Source: an uncultured delta proteobacterium (GTDB taxonomy: Bacteria; Desulfobacterota; Binatia; UBA9968). From it: a stretch of 64,000 nucleotides of DNA. Numbering within the stretch: the stretch's first letter is position 1; the number at the start of each line of letters is the position of its first letter. The stretch is taken from contig CAWDPO010000023.1 of assembly GCA_963804165.1 (NCBI GenBank), positions 1-64,000 on the forward strand. The letters run 5' to 3'. Positions 19,462-31,197 of the stretch are shown here, piece after piece. The notes under the pieces are model-generated. The model was given only the letters and a program-made list of their open reading frames with translations. It made no database searches and was not told the DNA's origin. The position numbers and the translations under genes were made by a program.

Positions 19462-21087
19462 TTAGAGCTGCTCGATGATCGGCAAGAGGCTCCAGAACCC
19501 GGCCTTGAAGCGCTGCCATTGCGTGGTCAGCGGGTCGGTGTCCCAGCGCAGCGGCTTGCCGTCGTCCGCGGCGACCCAGTAGAGGTCGTCGTCCTCATCC
19601 AACAGCACCCGGTAGCTGATTTCCGGGCCGGCCCCTTCGTCTAAGTACTCGACCACCTGCGCGGCGAGCACCGGGCTTTCCACATAGAGACCGGCTTCGG
19701 TGTTGATAGTGGCCGAGCGAGCGTCGATGTTGAAGCTGCCGATGAACACGTCCTTGCGATCGAACACGATCGTCTTCGTGTGCACAGCCGTCTTGGAGCC
19801 CTGCAGAATCTGCTTTTTCCGCAGGGGGCCCGGTTCCCAGCGCACCTCGTGGATCTCCACACCCGCCCGAATCAGGTCTTTGCGGCTGATGGAATATCCG
19901 GCGAACGCGGGCAGGACATCGTTGGAGGCGAGCGAGTTGGTCACGACGCGGACCCGCACGCCGCGCGCGACCAGTTTCTTGGCGATATCAACCCCGCGCG
20001 CCAAGGGGATGAAATAGGCCGCTTCGATCAGCAGCTCCTTTTCCAATTGCTCGAGACGGTTACCCAGCGCCCGCTGCATAACGCGCACGTTAGAATCGTG
20101 GATCGCGGACGGATCGTCGAACACGACCCGTCCCGGCGCCCATATGAAGCCATCCAGGATGGTCGAAAACTCTGCATTGAGCTTAGTCAGGTCCTCGCCC
20201 AAAGGATGCGGATACGGGGTTTTGACGAGTTGTTCGCGGGTACGTTGCGCGAGCAGACGCAGGTCTTCTTCGGTGTAGGGGCGGTGTACCATCGCCGCGG
20301 CCGGCACCGACCACTCGCCGTTCCAGAACCGATCGAACACTTTCGACAGGTCCCGGACAACGGGACCGGCCGCAGCGATATCGAGGTCGCGAAAGTTGAA
20401 CACCGGATCCACCTCGAAGTAGTGGTCGCTCATGTTGCGCCCGCCGACGATCGCCAGCGAGTTGTCCAGCACTACGAGCTTGTTATGCATTCGATGATTG
20501 ACGCGATTGAAGTCTACGATGAAGCCGAGAACCTGCGAGAAGCGATGCGGAAAGGGGTTGAATATGCGGATCTCGATGTTCGGGTGCGCGTCGAGCGCCG
20601 CGAGATTGTCGTCGCGGTCCTCGAGGTTGACATCATCGACCAGGATACGAACCCGCACGCCGCGATCGGCGGCCCGGAGCAGATGTTCGGCAAAGATGCG
20701 GCCCGTGGCGTCCTTCTCCCACAGAAAGTACTGGACGTCGAGGGTCTTTTCGGCGAGGTCGGCCAGTGCCACCCGAGCCGTGAACGCCTGCCGTCCTCGA
20801 CGGATGAGCGCGAATCCCGACTGACCGGGATGCTGCGCGGCAAGGGCAGCGATTTGCTTACCGATGGCAGTCGACTCGTGGTCCGGGAAAGCAGTCGACT
20901 CTGTGCGCGGATAGTCCTTCGTCAACACGGCACAGCCGACGGCTAGCAGGACGGAAAGCGCCAGCAGCGTCTTGTACAGCGCCCTGCGCTGGCAGGATCG
21001 CTTGACGCCTTTGCGTAGCGGTCCCGCATCACTCAGTCGTGTAACAACAGGCTTTCGTCGAGTCATGTTTCGTTCAGCCATGATCAT
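19462..21087 (-). CDS. Phospholipase D-family lipoprotein (ClsC/YmdC-like)
   Basis: Two HKD motifs (HNKLVVLD and HTKTIVFD), GGRN, GSFNID and a lipobox LAVGC. Confidence 0.9.
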   Translation of the reverse strand: MIMAERNMTRRKPVVTRLSDAGPLRKGVKRSCQRRALYKTLLALSVLLAVGCAVLTKDYPRTESTAFPDHESTAIGKQIAALAAQHPGQSGFALIRRGRQAFTARVALADLAEKTLDVQYFLWEKDATGRIFAEHLLRAADRGVRVRILVDDVNLEDRDDNLAALDAHPNIEIRIFNPFPHRFSQVLGFIVDFNRVNHRMHNKLVVLDNSLAIVGGRNMSDHYFEVDPVFNFRDLDIAAAGPVVRDLSKVFDRFWNGEWSVPAAAMVHRPYTEEDLRLLAQRTREQLVKTPYPHPLGEDLTKLNAEFSTILDGFIWAPGRVVFDDPSAIHDSNVRVMQRALGNRLEQLEKELLIEAAYFIPLARGVDIAKKLVARGVRVRVVTNSLASNDVLPAFAGYSISRKDLIRAGVEIHEVRWEPGPLRKKQILQGSKTAVHTKTIVFDRKDVFIGSFNIDARSATINTEAGLYVESPVLAAQVVEYLDEGAGPEISYRVLLDEDDDLYWVAADDGKPLRWDTDPLTTQWQRFKAGFWSLLPIIEQL

Positions 21088-21201
21088 TACCTCCTGCTGC
21101 TACACAACGGTTAACGGAGGCCCGGGTGACTGTCGTTAAGTTCATTCCACAGACGTTCAAACGCTTGCCAGTCAAACGGATGTTTTTCCTTTATCCGTTT
21201 G

Positions 21202-21570
21202 TCAATTCTCCGTGTGCGTGCGTCCATGACTATGCTCTCGCTCTCCACGGCGGTCTTCTCTGTCCCGACTCCGCTTGCGCCTGTTCGAACCGCCCTCTAA
21301 CTCCGCGATTCTCCGCTCGTGATCTTCCAAGCTGATAAACTCTTTAGCAAACTCAATTACGTCTTCAGCCGCTCGAAGACTGATTCGTTCGTCAGTGCAG
21401 TCGAGGTGCGCGATTCTTCCAACACTCGCGTGAGGGTCTCTTGCTTCAGCCATTCATAAACCGTCTTAAGGGTGACGCCGATCTTATCCGCGGCGCCGTC
21501 AATCGTCGGCTCTGCCGCTATGATCGGAAGCGCCAGCCGTTGCCGCGCGGATAAGTTGCCAGTGTCACGT
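21202..21570 (-). pseudogene. Phage-type HTH protein remnant (phBC6A51-like), frameshifted
   Basis: Manual translation LSARQRLALPIIAAEPTIDGAADKIGVTLKTVYEWLKQE, followed in another frame by ISLRAAEDVIEF...HERRIAELE. Confidence 0.5.
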
Positions 21571-22689
21571 TTGATAGAGATTTCGTCACCTTCGCCCCAC
21601 CAAATCGAACAAGCGCAAGTCTGCTTATTGATCTCCTACTCGCCCTTGCGCGGAAGATTGTCAATATTCCCGAGTGATCTGCTCAACGAAAACAAAATCT
21701 GGCTTGCCTGTCTTTCATCGGAAATGATCTGCCAAGAAAGCCTGGAAATCCAGGCTTGGTCAGCCTAGGCTTTCTCTTGATAGGTATACTGTTTTTGATC
21801 TGGACTCTTGCTCTTGGAGGAGTCTCGGTGCTCGGTGCGCCGAATCCACGACGGCGCAAGGCCAAGCTCGTCACATATCCAGCGAAAAGAATCAGGTGTG
21901 CGGCTGCTCGATGTGAACCAGTTGTGGGCGTGGTACTGAAGGCGAGCCCGCTGTTTCTCATTGCGGACGCTGGTACGCCCCTCAAATCCTCCGCGGCTTA
22001 AGGAGCACCGCGGCCCACAATGCCCGTTCGTCCACGGCCGGTGAGCATATTGAAATTAAGTTCAGGTAACAAGCCGAGTCAACGAAAAGCTGCCTTGCTG
22101 CACGCAATTCAGTTACGGAAGCGCAATGTGGATCAAAATATCACGAGTATTTTCGCTATGATCGAACCACACCTTCTCTCCGCGAGAAATGTATCTCCGG
22201 GCGAGACCAGCTGGCCGATTATGCCCGGCGAGTAGCTTTTGCAGGAAAACGATCCATCAGGCTCGGTCGTTATCGATACGTACGAACCGGCGGGGATATA
22301 TTCTGACGCGAAACGTATGAACATCGGCTAGACTTTCTGCAAGCGCACATATGTATTTGTGGTGCCGACGACAGACATGGCTTTTTACTGCACAAAATTG
22401 CTTGCTCAAATCGGTGCTTCTCAGCGATGACAAAAACGAGAGAACCTCTTTGCAATTGTGCAATCAGGAAGGTAAAGACGGTGCACGCGAACACGCACCC
22501 GCGGGCGTGAAGGAAGGTCCTTGATCGGGCCGCGGCTTATAGGGGCCACTCAAACACCTGAAAAAGTAGAATAGCGGCCATAATGAGCGGTAGCACTGTG
22601 CCAAAGAAAATGATGGCGAGCGTTGAGGAGTTCATTGGGGATTAATCTATAAAAAAAGCCGAGTGAGAGGCAAGCGCCCCTTTTTCTTC

Positions 22690-23185
22690 CAAGCTCTTTG
22701 AGCGCTATGCCCGGCGCTGCCGCTCGGTCGATAAGGTGTTGTTGGCCTGTTTTTGTTTAGGGCTGTCGACGCGCAAAGCCGCCTCAGTGCTGGCTCCTGT
22801 GCTGGGAGAGAAGGTCTCGGCCTCCACGATTTCGCGCATCGCGCGGGATTTGGACCAGGAGGTCAGTGAGCTATCACGGCCGTGCGCTCAAGGATCAATA
22901 TCAGTATCTATTCTTCGATGGCGTAGTGTTAAAGAGCAAAGGAGCGGTCAAGGTGCAAAAGAAGATCTTACTTTGTGCCTTCGGCATCACGGTGGAAGGC
23001 CGCCATGAGATGATTGATTTTTATCCCGCAGCAGTGAATCGGGGGCGTGCTGGGAAGCGTTTTTAGCCGATCTGTATAAACGGGGACTTACGGGGAGCCC
23101 ATGTGAGTTGATCGCCACCGATGGCGGCACGGGACTCCATCAAGCTTTACAGATCGTCTATCCCAAGATCGTTTTGCAGCGCGCG
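22690..23185 (+). mobile_element. IS256-family transposase fragment (pseudogene)
   Basis: LFERYARR...GLSTRKAA...VSASTISRI, YLFFDGVVLK and IATDGGTGLHQALQIVYP spread across three frames. Confidence 0.8.
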
Positions 23186-24489
23186 CCGGTCAAATCTGGA
23201 CTTGCAAAGCGTTCATGCAACGTAAGCGTCGTGGATGAGTTGCCGTCAGATTTTGAATTATGCGCGCAATGCTCCGCGCTGAAACAAGCAGGCCAGTGTG
23301 AGGAGACATCCGTCTCTCACCGATCACCAACCGCGCCGCATCCCAGCTTCTAGCCCAAGACCACAACAACGGCGATCAGCAACCAAACCAAAGATATCGC
23401 ATGAATGATGAGCTCACACCCGCAGACACCCCGCCTTTGTTAAGCCGCAGAAGTTGCGCCCGTTTCGTGTCAACGTAGCGGCCCGTAGCCCGCAGGATTT
23501 GCGTAGGGTGTCAAAGCGAAACACGGATTTAGCTCGCCGGCGCTGCGCCTGACCTTCACGGTCGAGAATCGTGCTATCAACCGAATAGTGCAATACCCGT
23601 GTATGGCGGCTTGGGATCGGCGCATTGAACGACAAAGCCGTCACCGTCAACTGTTAACTCGAAAATGTCGATGTTTTGGCGTTCTAATGCTTGGCCGATA
23701 CACCGAAGGGCACTGGCGGCAATTAGGAATATAGAGCATACCATTCCTCTTAGACGCCTTGGGGATAGGGGCCCAAGATAGCCGAGCAGAAATCACGATT
23801 GCAAGTGTGTTAAGGTGGCGAGAAAATTATGCCCAAACAAAGCAGAGTCCAACGACGAGCCCGCAGATTGAACGGGACCGAGAGGTGATTTTGTTCGCTG
23901 CAGGCTCTGCGGCCAGCGTCTGCGTGTAATTGGCGGTCGACACTTGTCCAAGCATGGGGCACTCTTGGATCGTTTAAGACGGGCCGGATTTGCATGAAGT
24001 AGTTTGCGCGCAACCCGCCAAGGATCGACCCGGCGCGACATCGAGTAAAACTTGGTGCCGTCGTCATGGGCCGCGAGGCGTTCGGAATACTCGGCGACTC
24101 GGACGGGTTCATGAATTGGGTGAAGTGGGTAGGCCGAGTGACTGCTCCAGCTTCGCCAGAAATCCCGCCAATCCGACATGAAGGCGGCCGGCTGCTGCAT
24201 CGAACGATGGCCTAAAGAAGAGTGAAAAATTTTTCACTTTTGGCGGGAATAGTAGGGCTGAGCAGGGAATCCGGGGGTTGATTTATAAGAGTATTTTTCA
24301 TTTTACCCGGTGCTTTTTGTGCTGTTGAGGATATAGTTCCGCCGCCATGCCCGTCTGGGTGCTAACGCGGAGAAAGGTTCTGCGCCTTGTCGAAGCGCGC
24401 AAGGTGCCAGCACTGGGGTTCCGGAGGCAGGGTTTACGGTTAGGCCTCTCGCCGCAGGCAAGTATAGACTACTAACGTGGCCAGATGGG

Positions 24490-26670
24490 TTACCCGATCC
24501 CGATCTGTTCGCTCACGTCGCTCTGGAGTTCAACTCCGAACCCTACGGCCCATGGTTTCGTAACTCGTGGTGGAATAGCTAGCGAGAAGATTTCTTTATC
24601 AAGCGCCAGATTGGGGTTATAAGCTGGATCGTTCAATAAGATTTTTCCCCAGCGTCGCGTCATGTATTTGTGCTCCCTTTCGAAACGAATCTTTTTCTCA
24701 GCAGTGTCTTCGTACCCCCGACTAGCCGACTCCTGATGATACAACTCAGCATAGGGCGTCCATAAATTCCTGTAGCCCCTCTCTCTAATTCGAAGGCATA
24801 AATCAATATCGTTAAAAGCAATGGCGATGTCAGTTTCGTTTAATCCTCCGACTTCTTCAAACAATTGTCGCCGTACAACTAAGCACGCGGCCGTAACAGC
24901 AGATAAATTTTGGCAGAGCAGCGCACGGAAAGCTTGACCAGCGCAGCCACGCGGGTGTGTCTTGTAAGCGTGGCCGGCCACACCCGGTGCTCCAACACCG
25001 ATTCCTAAAATTACACCGGCGTGCTGTATTCTATTGTCCGGGTAATAGAGCATAGCTCCAATGGCTCCTGTCTCAGGTTGAATAGCAAGGCTTACCATCT
25101 CCTCGAGCCAGTCGGGCGTGATGACTTCAAGGTCATTGTTCATTAATCCGATAATTTCTCCGCGAGCGTGTTGGACGGCGAAATTATTGATCGCTGAAAA
25201 GTTGAACGGGGCATCGTAGCGCAACACCTTAACTCCGCGTTCTCTTTCAAGTGCAGCCAAATAGTTCAACGTAGCCGCGTCATCCGACTGATTATCGACA
25301 ATAATCAACTCGAAATTGGCATAGGTCGTTTTATGATAAATGCTCTCGACGCAGCGTTGGAGCAACTCAAATCCGTTGCGCGTGGGAATAATCAACGTCA
25401 CAAGCGGCGTGATCGGAAGCGAATATTTGGTTCTCCAATAGTTACCGGCCGCGGGAAGTATCGTGACCTTCAGCCCGATGCGATCAAAGTGGGACTCAAG
25501 TGTTCTTCGCTGCGCCTCTCGAATATATTTCTTTTCGTCCGTCCTAAAGGCAGCCGATCCGGGAATCGCTCTCCAATGATAGAGTATATGCGGTATGTGG
25601 CGGATATGGTCGGCGGGAATACGTTCACTGATGCGCATTGTAAGGTCCCAGTCCTGGCTTCCCTCATATCCCTCGCGGAAACCTGCGAGCGCTTTGACGA
25701 TGCGCGTACGGCAGACGACCAAATGGCACAAGTAATTCTGCGCCAGAAAAAGCGCGGGGTTCCAATCGGGCTTGAAATAGGGATCGTAGCGGCGACCTTT
25801 TTTATCGATCTTGTCTTCGTCACTGTAGATGAGATCAGCATCCTTATGAGCGTTAAGCTCAACCGCAACCATATACAAGGCGTGCTCGGACAGTTCGTCG
25901 TCGTGGTCGAGGAGCGCAACAAATTCCCCTGTCGCCATTTCAATCGCGGTGTTTGAAGCCACCGAAATATGGCCGCTATCTTTGCGCAATACGACTTTAA
26001 TGCGCGAGTCGTGGGCCTGATAATCCTGTAAAATCTCCCTCACGTGAGCTTTAGACGAACCATCGTCCGCGAGACAGAGCTCCCAGCTCGGATAAAGCTG
26101 CTTTCTGACCGACTCGATGGCCAGCCGCAACCATTTTTCGGGACTGTTGTAAGTGGGCATGATCAAAGAAATCAGCGGCTTATAGGACAGACGTTCAATG
26201 TGCCGCCTGATCGCGGCACGGTCAGCGTCCGTCAAAGTATCATACCTTTTTACCCACTCCACATATTCGTAACCCACAAACCGACTACCGGCCATCGTAG
26301 AGGGACGTATGGCCCTGTCGATTCTATTTACGAGTCGCCGATTTAACCCGCCCGTGCCTTCTGCTCGTAAGATCCGAACTGCCTTGATCGCAAATCGTGG
26401 TATTTCGCGAACAGCCATGATGCACAAAACCGTTGCGAACTCATATAACTTCAGGACAGCGAACAGCTTGTTGCGCAAATGCCGATATTTGACAACCGGC
26501 ATCCAGGCTCGGCTGTTTTTACTTTCGTGGAGTTTGCCTTCTAAAACCTTTTTCGCGCCCAGTCCCTCTTGCAAGGATCGTTTTAACACTTCAATCCGAT
26601 TCGGCCACTCGCTTGCAGCATTCTCATGCTCATCTGCTGCTTGTGGTTTTGCATCCTTCATGGAGAACAT
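24490..26670 (-). CDS. Tandem GT2 glycosyltransferase (RfbC-Mx-like)
   Basis: ISLIMPTYN...ALLDHDDEL...YSDEDK...GSQDWDL, then a second domain IIPTRN...FNFSAINN...NNDLEV...FNDIDLCL...DPAYNPNL. Confidence 0.92.
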   Translation of the reverse strand: MFSMKDAKPQAADEHENAASEWPNRIEVLKRSLQEGLGAKKVLEGKLHESKNSRAWMPVVKYRHLRNKLFAVLKLYEFATVLCIMAVREIPRFAIKAVRILRAEGTGGLNRRLVNRIDRAIRPSTMAGSRFVGYEYVEWVKRYDTLTDADRAAIRRHIERLSYKPLISLIMPTYNSPEKWLRLAIESVRKQLYPSWELCLADDGSSKAHVREILQDYQAHDSRIKVVLRKDSGHISVASNTAIEMATGEFVALLDHDDELSEHALYMVAVELNAHKDADLIYSDEDKIDKKGRRYDPYFKPDWNPALFLAQNYLCHLVVCRTRIVKALAGFREGYEGSQDWDLTMRISERIPADHIRHIPHILYHWRAIPGSAAFRTDEKKYIREAQRRTLESHFDRIGLKVTILPAAGNYWRTKYSLPITPLVTLIIPTRNGFELLQRCVESIYHKTTYANFELIIVDNQSDDAATLNYLAALERERGVKVLRYDAPFNFSAINNFAVQHARGEIIGLMNNDLEVITPDWLEEMVSLAIQPETGAIGAMLYYPDNRIQHAGVILGIGVGAPGVAGHAYKTHPRGCAGQAFRALLCQNLSAVTAACLVVRRQLFEEVGGLNETDIAIAFNDIDLCLRIRERGYRNLWTPYAELYHQESASRGYEDTAEKKIRFEREHKYMTRRWGKILLNDPAYNPNLALDKEIFSLAIPPRVTKPWAVGFGVELQSDVSEQIGIG

Positions 26671-27543
26671 TGAAATGCCCAGAAAAAGGGGAGACTGTCA
26701 ATCTTCGCCAAAAAAGGCAACCAGATTGGCACGCCGGGGGAAAATTCCAAAAGAAGTTAAGATATCAAGAACAAAGGTCGAGATTTGACTTTGTAATGCT
26801 GCTCCCTTTCCTATCGGTCGTACGCGGAGCGATCACTTTACGGGCAGTTGGTTTCCGCTGACGTTCAGCACATGCCGCCAGTTGAGATATTGCTCACTTG
26901 GACCGGGGATCCAGCCAGACTAGGGGAGGCGCACTCCAAAGTAAATGCGAAACCAAGCGTCGCCACCGAAAAATGTTTCGAAGCCAGTGATACAATTCCA
27001 AATCCTCTACCTGCAATTCAGAAATAGCCAAATTCCCACGCGGACTGATGTCCCTTTGTCAGCGCGATGCCGTCCACATTTATGGTGAGCCTGAAGCGAA
27101 GGACCCGAACTAAACGGCTAAATAAGCGAGTGAACGATGCCGAGACGAAGTGCTACAACAAGATCTGACTGTGTTGTTAAAGTGCTTGTGGCCCGAAGGC
27201 AGCGAGCTTCATCGCTACCTTCTCTCACAATACAACATCAAAATAAATAAACCCGTTTAGTCTTTTTTCCTAATCCAGCACGTACACTTCCAACAGTTCC
27301 ACCATTCACTCCGCTCAACCTTGTTGTATATGATCCAGGTGGTAGGGTAACTAAAATTACCGACTCGAGATTGCAACTTAGAGGAGATGCGGACTGTCCT
27401 GGATTGGGGTTGGCAAGGATCTAATCCAGTAGCCGCGATATTTGCTGCTCCTCCGCAAACGAACCGCCCGGCATGATGGCGCGTCTTGCCAGTTGTCATT
27501 GTGAGCGATCACGGTAGACGTGGAAAAAAGCTGTAAATGCGGG

Positions 27544-27801
27544 TTAGCCAGTGTTCCAGGGACATGAAAAGGAGCACCTTACATTGAAGGTCCGCGGCCC
27601 CTTATGAGAACGGTTGTGGGTGTGGATCCGGTCATAGGGATTTCGTACGAATGATCCTCTAAAGTATTCTAGTTTACCCTCTGGAAGGCAGACGAATTCA
27701 GCGCATGTCAGATGCTGATGAACTATACGATTCAGATAGGTATTGAAGTAAAAGAACAGGTCATACGGACTTTCATTAAAGGGCTGTAGACGCAGGGGCA
27801 T
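27544..27801 (-). pseudogene. Possible sulfotransferase family 2 fragment
   Basis: HLT...YFRGSFVRNPYDRI motif; truncated. Confidence 0.35.
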
Positions 27802-28785
27802 CGTCTGACTTGCCGTTTTCTACGGCAGGAACATGACAAATCGTCTGTGGTGGGAAATAATCATAATTATCACGCGGAGGTTGGATGTATTTGCATTGTA
27901 TCTACAATGCCTTTCTGCGTATCGCTATTGCGAATGCGTTCCATCGTTTCAATTCGACGCTGTCTGCGATCGAGATCTACTTGCCGATTATCGACATTAC
28001 TCCCAATTAGCCTCTTATTACTGAACAATCCGATGCTCAGCGCAAAACGACTCTCTCGTCCTGGCCCTTTAAGGCTTCCCAAAAACGATTTAACCACAAA
28101 GGGTACAAACATCACAAAACCGGCTCGCTGCTTCAGGAACATACGGATTGGCAACACGACAGGTCTGTGATTTGAACTCGTACGCAAATTTCGGATAAGT
28201 TTAAACCAGCTGCGATATTCTCCCGCGACAGCGAAGGGGTTACGACGGCAGATGAAAAACCGCGATCGAAACCATGAAACATAACGCCAAGCGTTTCATC
28301 TGTGTTGACCTCCCCGGTTTAAATTTTCGATCACTTTCACCTGATTGATTGTCAAAGTCGGTCATGGGTGTGGCCCCGATAAGCTCACCGCGTTTCATTT
28401 TCTGATTAGCGTGTGCTGCGTTTTCCTCGGTATTTAGCCCTGGCCCCGTATATTCGTTGGCCGGGAGATGGTCAATAATATCCTGACCCATGGACGAAGA
28501 GGAGGTATGTTAACAATCGCAAATTCCGAGAAAAACCCTACGGCGGAGAACAACCTTATGTTAACCGAAGAAGAAAGGAGTCGAAATTCGGCTTGAGGAA
28601 ATTTTTCGTGTTGAAGTGAGCCCGGAACTCAAGGCAACCGAGCCTCGTCCGTCCCGGCAACAACAGCTCTGGTCGTTGCTAAACTCCTCGTTTGCTTTAT
28701 GGTTCCTTTCGTCTGTAGTCTTGTCGAGTTTGACGGGTGCGTTTGCCTATTACCAGAACAAACGTGACGAACGAAAACGGGTCAC

Positions 28786-29045
28786 AAAAAGGGGGCAAGT
28801 CCGCTCTTAGCTTTTTAGGCTGTTCTTCGGATCTCCATTTTCCGTGGCCGCGAATTGTCGGAACGCAAGTCGAAAGACCGCTTGCGACGTTTGTTGTCCA
28901 AGAAAATATTCCCGCGGGAATGGCTGCGGTTCATGAAATGACAGTAACCCGCCGGGTATTCGATGCACAATGAATGCGCCATAGAAACCGCCTCGTCGCC
29001 CCTGCAAGACATCTTAAAAGCTAACAGCGGACTCGACCCCTTCTT
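28786..29045 (-). mobile_element. IR-flanked, internally deleted RAYT/IS200-like (Y1) transposase element
   Basis: Imperfect ~31-bp inverted repeats (28786-28817 and 29015-29045) flank MAHSLCIEYPAGYCHFMNRSHSRGNIFLD, which resembles the Y1_Tnp N-terminus MARPLRIEYPGAYYHVMNRG. Confidence 0.7.
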
Positions 29046-29226
29046 TTCTCCCAGTCGGCGCCCCACTTCCAGCGATTCTCCAGCCCCGTGAGCAGTCACT
29101 CGCCGGGGCCGCCAGACGCGGCAGCGGACGGAATGGCGAGCAAAGCCAGGGCCACCGCGGCACCGACGAGCATCGCCGGGACCAGCGCAGCGCGAGACGA
29201 CAAGGGGTGATTGACCGACGGTGACA

Positions 29227-31131
29227 TCAGGATTGTGGACGAGGGGCAGTGACCTGCGGGCGGGCGACGATCAACCCGGCGACAAGCGCGATGCCGAGAA
29301 GAATCGCCCCGATCAGCCTCAGACCCCGGCCGTGGCGCAGGGCCTTCTCCGTCAGCCAGGTCAACCGGCCCATGTCGGTGGGGGCGGTGATCTCCAGCGG
29401 AGCCGCGCCCGCCGCAACCTCGATCACGATCCGCGTTGGTCCGGTCCCGCGTTCGAGCGTCACCGTCTTCCAGCGGTCGGGGGACACGATCTCGCACTCC
29501 AGCGGCAAGCGGATGCGGCCCGTCGCGTCGACCGTCTGGAGCGACGCTGCGCCGGGGCGCACTTCGCCGTGGACGCGCAGGCGGAGCAGCGGCAGGGCGG
29601 CGGGGGGGATCGGCTCGCTCACAAACCGCGCCGCCTCGGTAGCGGTGGGCGTAACGCGCCACGCGGCAGCCCGGTAGATCTGTTCGGCCTCCGGCGGCAC
29701 CACAAACGCCGCATAATTCCGCGATTCGGTCGCCTCGGGCTCGAACCGCAGGGGAAAACGGACCGCTGGCGGCAGGTGCGCCCGGATGCCGGCGTTGCCG
29801 AGCAGATCGGCGAGCTGGTTCGTATCCTGATGCAGGAGCCGCGTCGCGGGTTCGTCCACCAGCGTGGTGCGGTTGCCCGACGTGAGGTAGGCGCGGACCG
29901 CGTTGACCTGGGCCACCTGCAGGGCGGCCCGTTGTTCGAGGAGGTGGTTGACGCGGACCTCCGTGAACCGGGCGTGCCAGCCGTGACCGACGACGACCAA
30001 CCAGCCGGCCAGGACCAAACCACCGGCGAGCATGGTGCGCGGGCCCCGCAAGGCAGCGAACAGGCGCAGCAGGCAGATGAGTCCGAGGACGAGGCCGAGG
30101 GCGAGCAGATCGTGATAACGGGGCGGAAACGACCCGGGCTCTCCGCCGCGGGCCAGCGCGAGCGCGATGGCCTGCGCGCCATACCACGCCAGGACGGCTC
30201 CGAACATCGCGTCGGATTTCTCCAGCCGGCGGCGGCGGCTTCCGGCGGCGAGAACCGCGACAAACGGCAGAACGAAGGCGATGCCGAGGAGTGGATTCGT
30301 CTCGGGCCAGGCGAAGACCCGCCCGAAGCCGCGGAGAAATGTAAACAGCGAATGCGCGCGCATCGCCGCGTGGTGCGGGGCCGGTGCGACGAGGGCGAAG
30401 CCGACCAGCGCCAGCGCGAGATTCACGCCGAGCGTCAGCAGGAGAAACCGCTGCACCGACGCGGACGCATCGCGTTCGCGCAGCAGACGCCAGCTGGCCA
30501 GCGCCACGCTGGCGAGGGCGGACGCGAAGCCCGATCCCATTGTGCCCAGCGCCGCTATTCCGGCGAGCGTGCCCATTCCCCAACGCCAGTCGCAGCGATC
30601 GGCAGCCCACGTGAGGGCGAGGTGGGCGAGCCCGAACAGCACCAGCAATTGAAACTGCGACAGGAAACCCCACTGCGCAGTCTCCCACGCGAGCGGAAGC
30701 GCCGCGCCGATCGTGGCGACCACCAGCACGAGCGCCAGTCCCCAGCGCGGCAGACTGCGCCGGAAGAGCGCGGGCACGGTCAGCGCCGCCAGCGCGGCAA
30801 GCACCGCGTTCACCGCCAACTGGGTGCGCGCGTTCCACTGACCGTCGAGATCAGCGAGTCCGACTGCCAGCAACCGGGTCCACACCGGGCGGTGCTCGTT
30901 GCTGGCCCTCCAGAGCCCCGGCCAGATCGAGCCACCCGACCAGTGCGGGCGGAGCACGTCGACGGCCTCGGCGTTCCACTGGTCGTGAAACGGCAGGTCG
31001 TTGCCGAAACGACCCACGACCATCCAACGCGCACCGACAATGAGCAGGAATGCGCCTGCGAACGCGGCCGCGATCCACCACCGGAGCCGGTGTGGGGTGC
31101 AGTCGGCGGATGCCGGCGGGGCCTCGGTCAT
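29227..31131 (-). CDS. Multi-pass membrane protein, GT-C/GtrC-like, in a high-GC segment
   Basis: Many TM segments; acidic first loop DLPFHDQW...NEHR; lies downstream of a polyprenol-phosphate GT2. Confidence 0.6.
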   Translation of the reverse strand: MTEAPPASADCTPHRLRWWIAAAFAGAFLLIVGARWMVVGRFGNDLPFHDQWNAEAVDVLRPHWSGGSIWPGLWRASNEHRPVWTRLLAVGLADLDGQWNARTQLAVNAVLAALAALTVPALFRRSLPRWGLALVLVVATIGAALPLAWETAQWGFLSQFQLLVLFGLAHLALTWAADRCDWRWGMGTLAGIAALGTMGSGFASALASVALASWRLLRERDASASVQRFLLLTLGVNLALALVGFALVAPAPHHAAMRAHSLFTFLRGFGRVFAWPETNPLLGIAFVLPFVAVLAAGSRRRRLEKSDAMFGAVLAWYGAQAIALALARGGEPGSFPPRYHDLLALGLVLGLICLLRLFAALRGPRTMLAGGLVLAGWLVVVGHGWHARFTEVRVNHLLEQRAALQVAQVNAVRAYLTSGNRTTLVDEPATRLLHQDTNQLADLLGNAGIRAHLPPAVRFPLRFEPEATESRNYAAFVVPPEAEQIYRAAAWRVTPTATEAARFVSEPIPPAALPLLRLRVHGEVRPGAASLQTVDATGRIRLPLECEIVSPDRWKTVTLERGTGPTRIVIEVAAGAAPLEITAPTDMGRLTWLTEKALRHGRGLRLIGAILLGIALVAGLIVARPQVTAPRPQS

Positions 31132-31197
31132 GGCGGTGGTGGGGGGGATGCGCAGCGGCTCACTACCGATGAAGTCGTTGACGGTGCGGATTCCGCG

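Noticed and set aside
19780-20946. 388-aa plus-strand ORF
   Set aside because: Antisense shadow of the PLD gene.
23400-24200. Short ORFs between IS256 and the GT2 gene
   Set aside because: No recognisable motifs; probably decayed DNA.
24320-24470. GC-rich intergenic stretch as a possible ncRNA or riboswitch
   Set aside because: No recognisable riboswitch, tRNA or intron consensus, and no second copy.
27080-27225. Possible structured RNA or group II intron fragment
   Set aside because: Only one short hairpin was seen; no domain V or GUGYG signature.
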